From: a virus
Lineage: Duplodnaviria > Caudoviricetes
DNA length: 56,972 bases
IMG/VR virus record: IMGVR_UViG_3300048837_000350
Coordinates: 1-56,972 of that record
Reading direction: 5' to 3' (one strand)
Below, in pieces: positions 17,543 to 27,083 of this stretch (positions within the stretch are counted from its first letter, which is position 1; each line of letters begins with the position of its first letter). Position numbers and translations under genes: made by a program. A model generated the notes under the pieces. That model made no database searches. It worked only from the letters and a program-made list of their open reading frames with translations, and was not told the origin of the DNA.

Positions 17543-18213
17543 GTGAAGCAGAAGTACGCGGATACTATGAGCGCTCGAAGCTCTGGAATGAGGAGGCTCC
17601 AGTACCGCACACCATGATGATGAGGCTACTCGCGAATAACGCGATACGCCTAGCTCCGGAAGCAGACGCGCATCTACGTATCGCGGAAGTTGGGTCACTA
17701 CCCGGACGAGAAGCGGCGAGTGTTCTCGGTGGAGCAATCTACTATCACATAGAGGATGAGCATGCGCCAGACGATGTACTGTTCCATGACATCCTCTCCG
17801 GGCCACTACCAGAGCATTACGGTGTGGTCGTCGCGGGCCTACTACTACAAGAGTTTGACCAACCAGACGATTTACTGCTCGCGATCAAACACTTATCGCA
17901 GTCGTCTAGCTATCTTGTGGTTAGCTACTTCAGCGAGCTACTCCACGGTGTGTGGCAGGCAGACACGATACTACCGCCCGGTATGGTTCGTCCAACAACT
18001 ATTCGTGGGCACCTACAAGATGTGGCTTCGTGTGTAGAGCGCATTGATATGGAGTGGGCTGCACGCCACGAGTACGTGGAAGACGCGTACCTCAAGTATG
18101 CGCGTAATGGAAACAAGATGCGTGACCCTCGAGAGTGGAAGTACACGTATGGAACAACTGACGACGAGGGTTACAGAATCAAGCTCACGTTTGAAACTTG
18201 GAGGATTAAATGA
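17539..18213 (+). CDS. divergent class I SAM-dependent methyltransferase-like protein
   Basis: Motif I-like IAEVGSLPG; YGVVVAGLLLQEFDQPDDLL resembles FDvVv...vLhh..dp. Confidence 0.5.
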   Translation: MSEAEVRGYYERSKLWNEEAPVPHTMMMRLLANNAIRLAPEADAHLRIAEVGSLPGREAASVLGGAIYYHIEDEHAPDDVLFHDILSGPLPEHYGVVVAGLLLQEFDQPDDLLLAIKHLSQSSSYLVVSYFSELLHGVWQADTILPPGMVRPTTIRGHLQDVASCVERIDMEWAARHEYVEDAYLKYARNGNKMRDPREWKYTYGTTDDEGYRIKLTFETWRIK

Positions 18214-18752
18214 GCCACGACTTAAAGCATCTACTCCGCCCGTTCCCAGCATCCGCTGTGAACTTCAGGCCAGCAGACTCGAAGCCTAATAGGAATGGGT
18301 CTGTTAGAGTACTCACATACATTGATGCGACTGACGTAAGGCGCAGGCTCAACGAGTTCGATCCTGAGTGGAGCTTCAGTATTGACGGGCCAGCGCATTG
18401 GCGTCACGGCATTGTTGAGGTACGAGGAACACTCAGTATCGGAATGTCTAAGCGCTCAGACTATGGCGCTGCTGAAGTTAATCGGCCGCGCAACTTTGAT
18501 GGAGATCCACAAGAGAAGGATCTGCACGCAGTGAAGTCTGCTACGAGTGACGCGTTGAAGCGTTGCGCCACCATGTTCGGTATCGGAGATTACCTCCGAG
18601 AAATGGGGCAGATGTATACCGATAAGCCGAAGCTCTATAACGGATTCGTCCAAGGAATAGAGAAGGACGGAGTTGCGGAACTCAAGGCGCAGTACACGCG
18701 CATCATTAGCCACGAGCGATTCGTTGCACGATATGGAGAGGCGTCACTGTAA
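18210..18752 (+). CDS. Rad52/Sak-family single-strand annealing protein
   Basis: LTYIDA..V..RLNE; KSATSDALKRCA.MFGIG.YL. Confidence 0.88.
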   Translation: MSHDLKHLLRPFPASAVNFRPADSKPNRNGSVRVLTYIDATDVRRRLNEFDPEWSFSIDGPAHWRHGIVEVRGTLSIGMSKRSDYGAAEVNRPRNFDGDPQEKDLHAVKSATSDALKRCATMFGIGDYLREMGQMYTDKPKLYNGFVQGIEKDGVAELKAQYTRIISHERFVARYGEASL

Positions 18753-19498
18753 TGGCAGTCACTGTTGTAATACCAGACCTACAGGGAATCCCTGACAGGG
18801 TAGACGCTGCGCTCGACGCTGCCCATGATCTCGGCGCGTCACGCATCATACAGCTAGGTGATGGTACCGATAACCGCACTGCTCAAGCAGAGGGTGATTG
18901 GTATGTGCTGAATCGCCTACTCGACGCTGGCGTAGAGCTTCACATTGGAAACCATGAGGCTTCAGTCGTGAGTCCACCTCCGTCATACCCATTCGGTGGT
19001 GTTGATTCTACGACTGAAGCATCACGCCTAGTCGCTGACTTGTATCAGGATGGCGCGTATCGAATCGCTACCGCTGTGGGTCCGACACTGATCACGCACG
19101 CGGGACTACTCGAGGGTCCATGGACTAGGGATGGTGAGATTGATCCATCGCTTGAAGCTCATGAGGTTGCGAAGATTCTGAACGAGCGGCTAGAGAACTT
19201 GGATGGGTTTGATCCAGTGATCTCGAGCGTGCCAATCATTCGCGGTGGGAGGCAAGCTGTTGGCGGCGTACTGTGGGCAGACTTTGGCGAGCATGTTCGA
19301 CAGATGCGTATGAACCAATCAGGCTTCCATGGCTTCCAGATCATCGGTCACACTCCTAACAGCGCTGCTGTCATCAGCCCGCGCATAGCTGCCATTGATA
19401 CGCGCAACGAGCATGGCGTGACGATTGCGTACACGGCAGACAATGGCGTGTCGTGGAAGTACAAGGTTGCTCAGATCGAGGGAGAGTCTAATGACTGA
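18752..19498 (+). CDS. calcineurin-like metallophosphoesterase
   Basis: PDLQG, LGDGTD, GNHE, THAG, IGHTP. Confidence 0.85.
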   Translation: MAVTVVIPDLQGIPDRVDAALDAAHDLGASRIIQLGDGTDNRTAQAEGDWYVLNRLLDAGVELHIGNHEASVVSPPPSYPFGGVDSTTEASRLVADLYQDGAYRIATAVGPTLITHAGLLEGPWTRDGEIDPSLEAHEVAKILNERLENLDGFDPVISSVPIIRGGRQAVGGVLWADFGEHVRQMRMNQSGFHGFQIIGHTPNSAAVISPRIAAIDTRNEHGVTIAYTADNGVSWKYKVAQIEGESND

Positions 19499-19709
19499 TG
19501 TATTCATCCTGACCGCGTATACAATCTCATGGATCATCGTGTTCCTAGGGACGCTATTCCTCGTGTGGGCATCGCTCGAGTTCAGGGCAGAGCGTGGAGA
19601 CAAGGACATGACTAGTGACGTGCGCCTACTGATCTTCATCTACACACTCAACGTGATCATTCTGTCAGTCACTGGTTACAGTCACATCATTGACTATGTG
19701 AGGGCATAG
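19491..19709 (+). CDS. small two-TM membrane protein
   Basis: Two hydrophobic helices; GGGAGAG SD. Confidence 0.6.
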   Translation: MTDVFILTAYTISWIIVFLGTLFLVWASLEFRAERGDKDMTSDVRLLIFIYTLNVIILSVTGYSHIIDYVRA

Positions 19710-19710
19710 C

Positions 19711-20598
19711 ATGCCTCCGATCTTTAACGCTCCACTCCATATGCCAACGAGTGGGTGGACTCCACCACCCGTAGAGCATGTTGAGAATGATCACCTCACA
19801 TACAACATGCGGCTCAGTGAACCATGCCCAGTCAAGCGTGTAGCGTATGACTTCATGGATGAGGAGGCACGCGCAGAGCGCTATGGGAGCTTCTCTCAGG
19901 GCACGGCAATGCTCGGCCACCTCCTAGCCTCCATATGGATTCACGAATCGTTTGGAGTCCACGGAGAAGAGCATTATCCCGAAGCTGAAATCATGTGGGA
20001 TTATGGTGTCAGCCACATAGACGTGTTCATACCACCGGGCAGCCCAGACTATGGACTGTACGAGATTAAGACGACGTCGAAAAAAAGACTGACTCCAGTA
20101 CCAGATAACTATGAGCAGGTTAAGCGTCAACTGTACGCGCTACGACTCATGGGCATGACTGATGTGCCAGCCACGATAGTCATCATCGGCAAGAGTGGGA
20201 TAGCCGGGGGCATAGTCGGCGATCCATACCCTGTTAGCCTCACGCCGGAAGACATCGACAGGCTCGATGATGAGTGGGCCTTCGTTAATAAGCTGGCCGC
20301 TTGCGCGATAGAACATGGAACACTCCGCCCATTAAAGGATGAGATCCCGTCATGGTGTAGGTGTAGCAAGTGTGTGCCAGCACCTAAGAAAGATGCGAGC
20401 GAAGAGCTTGAAGACCTGATCGAGAGTGACTATGCGCTCTACATAGACCAGTACCAAGAATCGGTTGACTGGTATGAGGGTATCCGCGAGAAGATCAAGA
20501 ACATCGCAGGGTCTGAACGCGTCGAATACGTGACGAGTAATCACATAGTGAAGATTGCAAAGAATGGCGCGTTGAGTATCAGTCGCAAACCTGTATAG
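19711..20598 (+). CDS. Cas4-like PD-(D/E)xK exonuclease
   Basis: CP..R, G..LGH, HID...YEIKT, Q...Q.Y, CRCSKC. Confidence 0.75.
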   Translation: MPPIFNAPLHMPTSGWTPPPVEHVENDHLTYNMRLSEPCPVKRVAYDFMDEEARAERYGSFSQGTAMLGHLLASIWIHESFGVHGEEHYPEAEIMWDYGVSHIDVFIPPGSPDYGLYEIKTTSKKRLTPVPDNYEQVKRQLYALRLMGMTDVPATIVIIGKSGIAGGIVGDPYPVSLTPEDIDRLDDEWAFVNKLAACAIEHGTLRPLKDEIPSWCRCSKCVPAPKKDASEELEDLIESDYALYIDQYQESVDWYEGIREKIKNIAGSERVEYVTSNHIVKIAKNGALSISRKPV

Positions 20599-20618
20599 AC
20601 TATCTACTTCAACAATCC

Positions 20619-20891
20619 GTGGGGGCACGGTTGAACGTAGCGGTAGACATACTGACTGATGACTTCAAGGAAGCGATCAACGCGATCAACGATCTTGAGG
20701 ATCTATTCGCAAGCACAGAGTGGAGCATCGACAGGATGCAAGACGATTCATTCAGTGTTAGTGGAGTAGTACTAGATGCTGATATCACATCAATGCACGC
20801 ACTGCTAGAAGAGGGCATTGCCTGCAACGCTAAGACCATACAACTACAAGCACCAAAAGTATCCATGAGGTGGAGTCCAACATGCCGGTAG
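20619..20891 (+). CDS. hypothetical protein
   Basis: 90 aa in operon; start uncertain. Confidence 0.45.
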   Translation: MGARLNVAVDILTDDFKEAINAINDLEDLFASTEWSIDRMQDDSFSVSGVVLDADITSMHALLEEGIACNAKTIQLQAPKVSMRWSPTCR

Positions 20892-21184
20892 CACCATTAC
20901 CAGAACACCCAAGAGCGAAGCAAGCACGCATCATTGGAGGGTACACAAGTGGCCCGAATATGAGCGAGGAAAACAATGTGTCTGGAGGAGAATACTACTT
21001 CGTAGGATACCGACAGAATGGCGATGTGTTCGTGCGTGGTCGCGAGCAATCAATCGACAGGATGCGTGCCCGCAGCGTACAGCTAGGTATGACTCCAGCA
21101 GTTCATCGGATAGAGATTCAAGGCCCGGACGTGAAGACGAATATGTACCGGGTAAACGGCAGCATGGAGGCAGCCACATGGTAG
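20870..21184 (+). CDS. hypothetical protein
   Basis: 104 aa in operon. Confidence 0.5.
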   Translation: MESNMPVAPLPEHPRAKQARIIGGYTSGPNMSEENNVSGGEYYFVGYRQNGDVFVRGREQSIDRMRARSVQLGMTPAVHRIEIQGPDVKTNMYRVNGSMEAATW

Positions 21185-21561
21185 TCACGAAACTAACACT
21201 GATCGGTGTACTGGTAGCGTCAAGCTACGGACCCGGACTCATAGGCAACACAACAGCGTGCGGTCAGACACTGACTCCACGCACGATTGGGGTAGCGCAC
21301 AAGACGCTGAAGTGTGGGACGCTCGTGCGCCTATGCCATGGGCGTAAGTGTGCTGACGTGAAGGTCATAGACCGTGGTCCATTCAGTGGGGATAGGACTT
21401 GGGATATCACAGAGGGAACAACTAAGAGGGTATGGGGGATCAATGCTAACCAGTGGGGTGTCCGGAAAGTACGCGCTTTCCGAATCAGAAAAGTCAAGGC
21501 GACTAGCAATGCGCCAGCAAAACGACCTACGTATCCGAGCCATCTACGATCCACTCTTTGA
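21178..21561 (+). CDS. rlpA: RlpA-like (DPBB) lytic transglycosylase
   Basis: ASSYGPGL.GN.TACGQ......GVAHKTL.CGT.V...VIDRGPF...R.WDIT. Confidence 0.85.
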   Translation: MVVTKLTLIGVLVASSYGPGLIGNTTACGQTLTPRTIGVAHKTLKCGTLVRLCHGRKCADVKVIDRGPFSGDRTWDITEGTTKRVWGINANQWGVRKVRAFRIRKVKATSNAPAKRPTYPSHLRSTL

Positions 21562-21880
21562 ACAACTCGGGTTTAAGCTCCCAGAAGGACGTATTCCTAC
21601 CAACAAGTGCGGCGTAAGGAAGCTCGTACCCACGGCACCATTCGGAATGTTGGTGTGTGAGATCATAGACTCGGGCGAGCATAGCGTCGATAATGTCTGC
21701 GACCTAACAGGGGTTCTGCACCGCAGGCTACACGCCATCAGGCACAACGAAGCAAAGTACTTAGAGTTAGACCTAGCAGACGCGTTGCTAGTAGGTCTGG
21801 GGCGCACGCATTTGTGGCACTTAGACTTCGCTCCAATCTACGACTTTGCTTTCCATGGGTGCGTAGAGACAGGCTCATAA
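21509..21880 (+). CDS. putative HTH DNA-binding protein
   Basis: SVDNVCDLTGVLHRRLHAIR...LDLADALLVGLG. Confidence 0.45.
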   Translation: MRQQNDLRIRAIYDPLFEQLGFKLPEGRIPTNKCGVRKLVPTAPFGMLVCEIIDSGEHSVDNVCDLTGVLHRRLHAIRHNEAKYLELDLADALLVGLGRTHLWHLDFAPIYDFAFHGCVETGS

Positions 21881-21881
21881 A

Positions 21882-22157
21882 ATGAGCAAGAGCGGTAGGA
21901 GTAGGAGGAGAATCAATAGCCGCCGCAGGAGATCGCGAAACACATTCGTCTACGAGTATTGGGAATGGAAGTGCGCTTACTGTGGAGTGGAGATCACTGC
22001 TGGCGATGCGAATAAAGTCACAGACAAGACGGCAACGATAGATCACATAGTGCCGATCTCTATGGGCGGAGAGAACACGCTAGAGAATATCGTCGCATGT
22101 TGCCGCAAGTGCAACTTCGTTAAAGACAACGATCATCCAGACGATGCGTTCCTATAG
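21882..22157 (+). CDS. HNH endonuclease
   Basis: CAYC...TIDHIVP.S.GG.....N.V.CC..CN..K. Confidence 0.9.
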   Translation: MSKSGRSRRRINSRRRRSRNTFVYEYWEWKCAYCGVEITAGDANKVTDKTATIDHIVPISMGGENTLENIVACCRKCNFVKDNDHPDDAFL

Positions 22158-22874
22158 TGACATCACGCGCTGAAGCTCGAGCGTAGCCTTCTCGACTAGA
22201 TCCTTAGCAGCGTTCGCGCTCACACCCAGCACGCTACCAATCTTCGGATACGAGTGAGCTTCCCCGCCCCACAATCCGTAACGCATAGCGAGTACGCGGA
22301 TCATGTCATCGTTACCATCCTCAGTCATCTGCAGCATCGCGGCATCCATGCGATCCATGATGTCGAATAAGTATGTGGGATAGTGCGCGTCATTATCGTC
22401 ACGCATGTTCACGTCACTATCAACAAGCGGCAATGGAGTGACAGACTTCGCAAGCTCTTTCGCAAAGTCCTTGTCACCGGACTCCCACGCGCTTAGGAAG
22501 ACATGAGCCTTGGCTGCTCCGTTAGTTAAGTCTCGAGCAGCGCTCCTGCGGATCTCCGCATACACGAAGCTGAAGCAGTACGTCGTAGGATTACCGGGTA
22601 TCTTCTCGAGCTTGATACGTCCCATGCTGTGCAGTAGGCCAGTCATGCCAGCTTGGAAGAGATCCTCGAATGGTGTACTCACTGCTCCGCTTCGACACCA
22701 CTTCACTACGCACGCAACAACCATCTTCGAGTTGCGTATGCTGAACTCTTCCCACGCACGCTTGTCACCCTTGAGGTAGCGCTCTACTAGCGCTCGAGAC
22801 TCATCAAGAGTAGGCTTGCCGCCCATCCTGTCGGCCTCTTCCATGATCGCTATGACCGACTCCGGGATAATCAC
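22152..22874 (-). CDS. sigma70-family RNA polymerase sigma factor
   Basis: Region 2 (N.KMVV....FEDLFQAGM.GLL.S...P..Y....V) and region 4 (MRYGL.GGEAHSY..IG.VLGVS). Confidence 0.85.
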   Translation of the reverse strand: MIIPESVIAIMEEADRMGGKPTLDESRALVERYLKGDKRAWEEFSIRNSKMVVACVVKWCRSGAVSTPFEDLFQAGMTGLLHSMGRIKLEKIPGNPTTYCFSFVYAEIRRSAARDLTNGAAKAHVFLSAWESGDKDFAKELAKSVTPLPLVDSDVNMRDDNDAHYPTYLFDIMDRMDAAMLQMTEDGNDDMIRVLAMRYGLWGGEAHSYPKIGSVLGVSANAAKDLVEKATLELQRVMSL

Positions 22875-23098
22875 TTAGGAGCCTTGGCCTTGGCTGCCTC
22901 GACCTTGTCCTTCACATACTCGAGATTACGAATGTGATTCAGGACCGTGCGATTAGCGAAGCGCATAGCGGCTACACCTTCATCGACTTTGTCGGTGTCT
23001 TCCTTGTCCTTGTACTCAGCCATGACATCAATCATGCTGCGTAGGATTTCGGAGTGTTCCCGCGCATTGGCTATGAGCCGGTCTATATCTTCAGTCAT
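22871..23098 (-). CDS. hypothetical helical protein
   Basis: GTGA overlap with the sigma gene. Confidence 0.55.
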   Translation of the reverse strand: MTEDIDRLIANAREHSEILRSMIDVMAEYKDKEDTDKVDEGVAAMRFANRTVLNHIRNLEYVKDKVEAAKAKAPK

Positions 23099-23159
23099 CA
23101 GATCCCCCAAGATCGTTGCGTGTGCAACTACTGACTGACTGTGATGTTACCATTACGAC

Positions 23160-23381
23160 ATGATGCCAAACGACTCAGACATACTCAGGGCATGCCTCAC
23201 GCTATGCGGATTGGGTGTCGTACGCTTCGCTGAAATAGTGGGAGTGTCGAAGACTCAAGCAGAAATGATGACGCTTGGAGTATGCGAGATACCAGAAGAA
23301 GTGTGGGAGAAACTCGATGCCGGTCTTGGAGTTGTGGAACAAGTACGCAGTAGCGCACGCGCTGGGACTGAAGGACGCTAG
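23160..23381 (+). CDS. Cro/XRE-like HTH protein
   Basis: CGLGVVRFAEIVGVSKTQAEMM..G..EIP. Confidence 0.6.
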   Translation: MMPNDSDILRACLTLCGLGVVRFAEIVGVSKTQAEMMTLGVCEIPEEVWEKLDAGLGVVEQVRSSARAGTEGR

Positions 23382-23808
23382 CCGCGTCGTACACTCCAAG
23401 ACTTTCCCCGAACCAGCGTATAGGAGTGGGCGCTCGAGCCTGTGGCACTCGGCAGAAGTAACGCTATGGGCACGACAAAACAACCGAACGGTTGTGGATG
23501 AGAAAGATTGGCCCGGACCAGACGAGGAGCATCTAGCGCTGAAGTGGTGGCGCAGGATCTACTTCATGGATGTGAAGCGACGCGCAAAGATCAGGCTAGG
23601 CTTGGTAGAAGACTTGAAGCCAGCGCAGACGTTCGAGAAGAATCGTCAGAACCTATTAGCGCAGAGCGATGAGCGGGCAATCATCGCCCTGCGCAGACTC
23701 GTGATTGCTCGAGTCGGTATCAGTAATGGATCATTCGTAGCAGCGTACGAGCTACTCAGCGGTACTGTGTTTACGCTTCCGAGCTTGCCGCCTGATCTCG
23801 TAGAGTGA
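23317..23808 (+). CDS. protein with AlpA/excisionase-like N-terminal DNA-binding domain
   Basis: VAHALG.......FPEP...GRSSLW...EV..W. Confidence 0.5.
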   Translation: MPVLELWNKYAVAHALGLKDASRVVHSKTFPEPAYRSGRSSLWHSAEVTLWARQNNRTVVDEKDWPGPDEEHLALKWWRRIYFMDVKRRAKIRLGLVEDLKPAQTFEKNRQNLLAQSDERAIIALRRLVIARVGISNGSFVAAYELLSGTVFTLPSLPPDLVE

Positions 23809-24291
23809 CTCGAGCGCTTCCCATACTGGGCGGAATCCACGGAGTGGTTGATCTTCGCGCCTATCCCCACCAGTCCTATCATCACGCCCGAACATTACTA
23901 AGCGTAGTTCACCGGCCACACTCCTGCCTACTCCTAGGTATGTAGCGATCTCTCCGACGCGTGGTACGCGCCCAAGGCTAGTAGCTAGGGTTCGTATCTC
24001 GATCAAGCGATTGATGTTGATAGAATCGTTTACAGCCTGCCTACAGTGGAAGCAGTGCCCACTCTCATTGTCTCGCGGAATGGCCGTGCCGCATGCGCAG
24101 CGTGTAGCACTCATGTGATTGCGATTGATTGCACGCTTACGGGTAGGGCGGGGATTGCGTAGGTAGTAGCTGTTGACTACGTTGAGGCTAAGGCCAGTCT
24201 CGGTAGCGATCTCTTGTGGAGTGTAGTCGCAGTCGTGTAGTCGATGCACTTCATCCCACGCATCCATGCTTGTCTTGATTTCAGTCTTCAT
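23752..24291 (-). CDS. HTH plus Zn-finger regulator
   Basis: TPQEIATETGLSLNVV; CACG...CFHC; PRVGEIATYLGV. Confidence 0.65.
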   Translation of the reverse strand: MKTEIKTSMDAWDEVHRLHDCDYTPQEIATETGLSLNVVNSYYLRNPRPTRKRAINRNHMSATRCACGTAIPRDNESGHCFHCRQAVNDSININRLIEIRTLATSLGRVPRVGEIATYLGVGRSVAGELRLVMFGRDDRTGGDRREDQPLRGFRPVWEALESLYEIRRQARKRKHSTAE

Positions 24292-24431
24292 GACCTCATC
24301 CTCTCTACCTTTGCCTCGAACTCTTCAATCACTGCGCGGTACTCTTGGATGTACTGCGCTTGGCTTGGCTTAGGCTTCCCGCGTAGCCTGATTAGATTCA
24401 GGATTATACCACCGATGATGTAACCAATCAT
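24288..24431 (-). CDS. 47-aa membrane-anchored microprotein (below ORF-track cutoff)
   Basis: MIGYIIGGIILNLIRLRGKPKPSQAQY...; coupled to neighbours on both sides. Confidence 0.55.
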   Translation of the reverse strand: MIGYIIGGIILNLIRLRGKPKPSQAQYIQEYRAVIEEFEAKVERMRS

Positions 24432-24604
24432 TACTCGCTCACCCTCTCGATGTCGGTCACGAACCTATCGTGATTAAGGTTGATTGATACGCCTCGCTCT
24501 ATCTTCTCTGCCTTGTGGTAAGAGTGCGGCCCCATCCTGCGTACCTCTGCGTACTCTCCGTCGATCTCCTCCGAGATCACTACGTAGTAGTTGTCATCGC
24601 TCAT
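24431..24604 (-). CDS. 57-aa hypothetical (below ORF-track cutoff)
   Basis: MSDDNYYVV...AEKIERGVSINLNHDRFVTDIERVSE*; ATGA overlap with dnaN. Confidence 0.6.
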   Translation of the reverse strand: MSDDNYYVVISEEIDGEYAEVRRMGPHSYHKAEKIERGVSINLNHDRFVTDIERVSE

Positions 24605-25713
24605 GCTGGCAACCTTACTGGCATCAAGATAGCCTGTCGTCGTGGACTATCAATACTCGAGAAGAGCAGCGGCCTATTCGTAACCGCGTGATACCCAAGC
24701 TCGCAACCACCACCCATGAACTCGAGACAATCAATAGCGAACTCACAGTTCACGCCAGTAGTAACGTCTTCCTCGCCATGCGTTCGACTAACCAGATGAC
24801 CAGACGTATGCGACGGCCCGTCTTGTACGGTCACGCCTAACGATAGTCTGGTGCTATGCGTCGAATGATTGATTGACATCCTTACCGGACTGTTGCGCAT
24901 GTTCAGTTTATTCATGAGCTTCAAGCTCTCAAGCATGTCGCTGACCGTGCCGTCAAGGATCTCGAGCGTCTCGGTCACTGGAGGACGCAGCCTGTCATAG
25001 TCAGGATACTGTCCCTCGATGTTGCGTAGATGCAAGGTGAATCCCTCGCCGACAAGCGTCGTGTACTTGCAGTCCTTGTCGTAGTAGACGCACGATAACT
25101 CAGTCATGGTTGCGACTGATACCGCTGGCAGTATCACGCTGAAGTCCACGCTCTTGCCAAGCTCTGTAAAGTCGCACGCCATACGATACGAGTCTGTGGC
25201 CGTGACACGCAGCGCTCCGTCTTGTGATCGAAGATTAACTCCAGTCAGCACAGGGCGTGACATATCAACGCTAGCGAACTTGGATACAGCCTTGATCACT
25301 GGCATGGGATTGCCAAGCATGCTCGTCATCGTGTTCTTGTTACGCTTGGGCAAGTCCAAGGTTGGCCAGTCTGATAGCTCGAACGTGTTGATGCCAGTAT
25401 TGCCGATGCGACTCGCAACCAGTAGCTCGTCTTCAGCACCAAGCAACATGACGACGGAGTCCTTAGCCTTCAATGATGAGAGCAGCTTAGACAGTGTGCG
25501 TGAGTCTGCGATGACATCACAGTCAAGACCAGTGTCGATCTCGACTACAGCATAGGCTTCCATGTTAGTGGCCTCAATAGTCTTCGGTGTGATCTTCACG
25601 CCGTAGAGGACTTGGATACTGGACTTGTGCTTCGTTGCCTTGAGAACACGGGAGAGCGCGTCCTTTAGTTCTTTGACTGGTACTGATCTCTTTGTCTTTG
25701 TGGCAGTTGCCAT
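24601..25713 (-). CDS. dnaN: DNA polymerase III beta sliding clamp
   Basis: 370 aa; ATNME, SRPVLTGV, ATDSYRM, IEGQYPDY..L, C-terminal ILMPVR. Confidence 0.9.
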   Translation of the reverse strand: MATATKTKRSVPVKELKDALSRVLKATKHKSSIQVLYGVKITPKTIEATNMEAYAVVEIDTGLDCDVIADSRTLSKLLSSLKAKDSVVMLLGAEDELLVASRIGNTGINTFELSDWPTLDLPKRNKNTMTSMLGNPMPVIKAVSKFASVDMSRPVLTGVNLRSQDGALRVTATDSYRMACDFTELGKSVDFSVILPAVSVATMTELSCVYYDKDCKYTTLVGEGFTLHLRNIEGQYPDYDRLRPPVTETLEILDGTVSDMLESLKLMNKLNMRNSPVRMSINHSTHSTRLSLGVTVQDGPSHTSGHLVSRTHGEEDVTTGVNCEFAIDCLEFMGGGCELGYHAVTNRPLLFSSIDSPRRQAILMPVRLPA

Positions 25714-25734
25714 GATGTAGCCTTCCTGTTTGTT
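25711..25734 (-). promoter_or_regulatory. start-associated sequence AACAAACAGGAAGGCTACATC-ATG
   Basis: Near-identical copies before starts 27663 and 30787; variants elsewhere. Confidence 0.6.
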
Positions 25735-25739
25735 AATGG

Positions 25740-26168
25740 TTACTCGTTACGTGCAAGCACAGCGGTCAAGTCTTCCCATACAGGAGGAGTGACCGTCGTG
25801 TTCAACACCTTCACTGAAGTCTCTTCCACTAGGTAGATATAATCCTCACCCCACCTAGCGAACTTCCAGTCTGCGCGATCTCTCGGAATCTCCAGCGGTG
25901 GAAGTTCGTACCCCGGATTGATTCCACAACTAATGAAGTCGCACGGGTTATCGCTTCCGGGCTGACGAAACTTGTCAGCCAAGTATGCAACGTACCGTGC
26001 CGCAAGATACGGAGGATCTGCTCGACGTGAACCGTTCGACGCCTCTTGATCAAGGCCAAGGAAACTCATGAGGTCTGCGCCTGCAACGTCAGGATTTCCA
26101 TCGCGGTGCCGATAGACTGCAATGACATCATCGCCGTCCTTGAATAGTGTTACTGCTGAAGTACTCAT
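25740..26168 (-). CDS. hypothetical early protein (YRHxDGxP motif)
   Basis: 142 aa, TAATG coupling. Confidence 0.7.
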   Translation of the reverse strand: MSTSAVTLFKDGDDVIAVYRHRDGNPDVAGADLMSFLGLDQEASNGSRRADPPYLAARYVAYLADKFRQPGSDNPCDFISCGINPGYELPPLEIPRDRADWKFARWGEDYIYLVEETSVKVLNTTVTPPVWEDLTAVLARNE

Positions 26169-26566
26169 TATGATCCCGTCTTCTCTGTGATGACGTCAGC
26201 GTTAGCCGACAACTTTGCGACCAGTCCAACAAGATGGTCAGTGTCCTCGTCGTCTGCGTCTAGGTAGCTCATGATGTGCTTGACCGTGAGTGAGCGGTAC
26301 CTGATCTCTGCCGCAGGGTAGACTGTCACGTCACCCTCGCAGTAGTCGATGAGGCTTCCGTCTGGCATGACTGCAGCCCAGCGATAGGATGCTTCACGAT
26401 AGAACCAGACGATGCCGCCCCGCTCTTGCCAGTCATACAACTGATCGTCGCCGTCGTATCCCTCCGCAGACTTGGGAGAGAATCCTACGTAGTAGCCCAT
26501 GCCACTAGACTCGTTGCGCTTACACACTGCGCCTGTCTCATTGATTATGTCCTGAGCGGTGATCAC
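26168..26566 (-). CDS. hypothetical early protein
   Basis: 132 aa. Confidence 0.65.
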   Translation of the reverse strand: MITAQDIINETGAVCKRNESSGMGYYVGFSPKSAEGYDGDDQLYDWQERGGIVWFYREASYRWAAVMPDGSLIDYCEGDVTVYPAAEIRYRSLTVKHIMSYLDADDEDTDHLVGLVAKLSANADVITEKTGS

Positions 26567-26748
26567 GTTAATACCTCGTTTGCTACGCCATGCGCCACGG
26601 CCGGATACTTTCGGGCAAGCATGGCTAGGAACAACTTTTCAAGATGATCGTCGTGTATCAAGATTCTCATTGACTTGAATCCGTCGTCCACTATGATGGT
26701 CTGGTCAACCCAGTTGATTCCAGTTGACTCGTGTGTGTGATTGCTCAT
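26563..26748 (-). CDS. hypothetical early protein
   Basis: MSNHTHEST..., overlapping start/stop codons. Confidence 0.55.
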   Translation of the reverse strand: MSNHTHESTGINWVDQTIIVDDGFKSMRILIHDDHLEKLFLAMLARKYPAVAHGVANEVLT

Positions 26749-27083
26749 CCGTACACCAACTCTCCGAACGCAGCGAACTGCACGACACAATCAGCAGCGT
26801 CAGCATCGATATAGCCAGCGTCACGATACTTCAACGCTTCCTTTATTTGATCAGTCAAGTCGCTACGGATACGCCCACCCTTGGCAAGCTCACGCGCAAC
26901 CTTCTCAAGCTGCGTAGCCTTGACTATCATGGGATCGAAGTCGTCTTCAGTCTCGGGCGTTCCCTTGATCTTCACCTCGACCCATGTCAGGTCTTCCAGA
27001 CGCTTCGCTGAAGTGATGATGCTCCAGTATCCGATGCCGCCCTCGACTGCTGTTGTCAGGATGTCCTCGCCGAATGTACTCAT
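26745..27083 (-). CDS. hypothetical phage protein
   Basis: DILTTAVEGGIGYW...IDADAADCVVQFAAFGELVYG. Confidence 0.7.
   Translation of the reverse strand: MSTFGEDILTTAVEGGIGYWSIITSAKRLEDLTWVEVKIKGTPETEDDFDPMIVKATQLEKVARELAKGGRIRSDLTDQIKEALKYRDAGYIDADAADCVVQFAAFGELVYG

Noticed and set aside
19711-20598. Cas4 as evidence of a CRISPR-Cas system
   Set aside because: Solo Cas4-like exonuclease beside an SSAP, a common phage recombination pairing.
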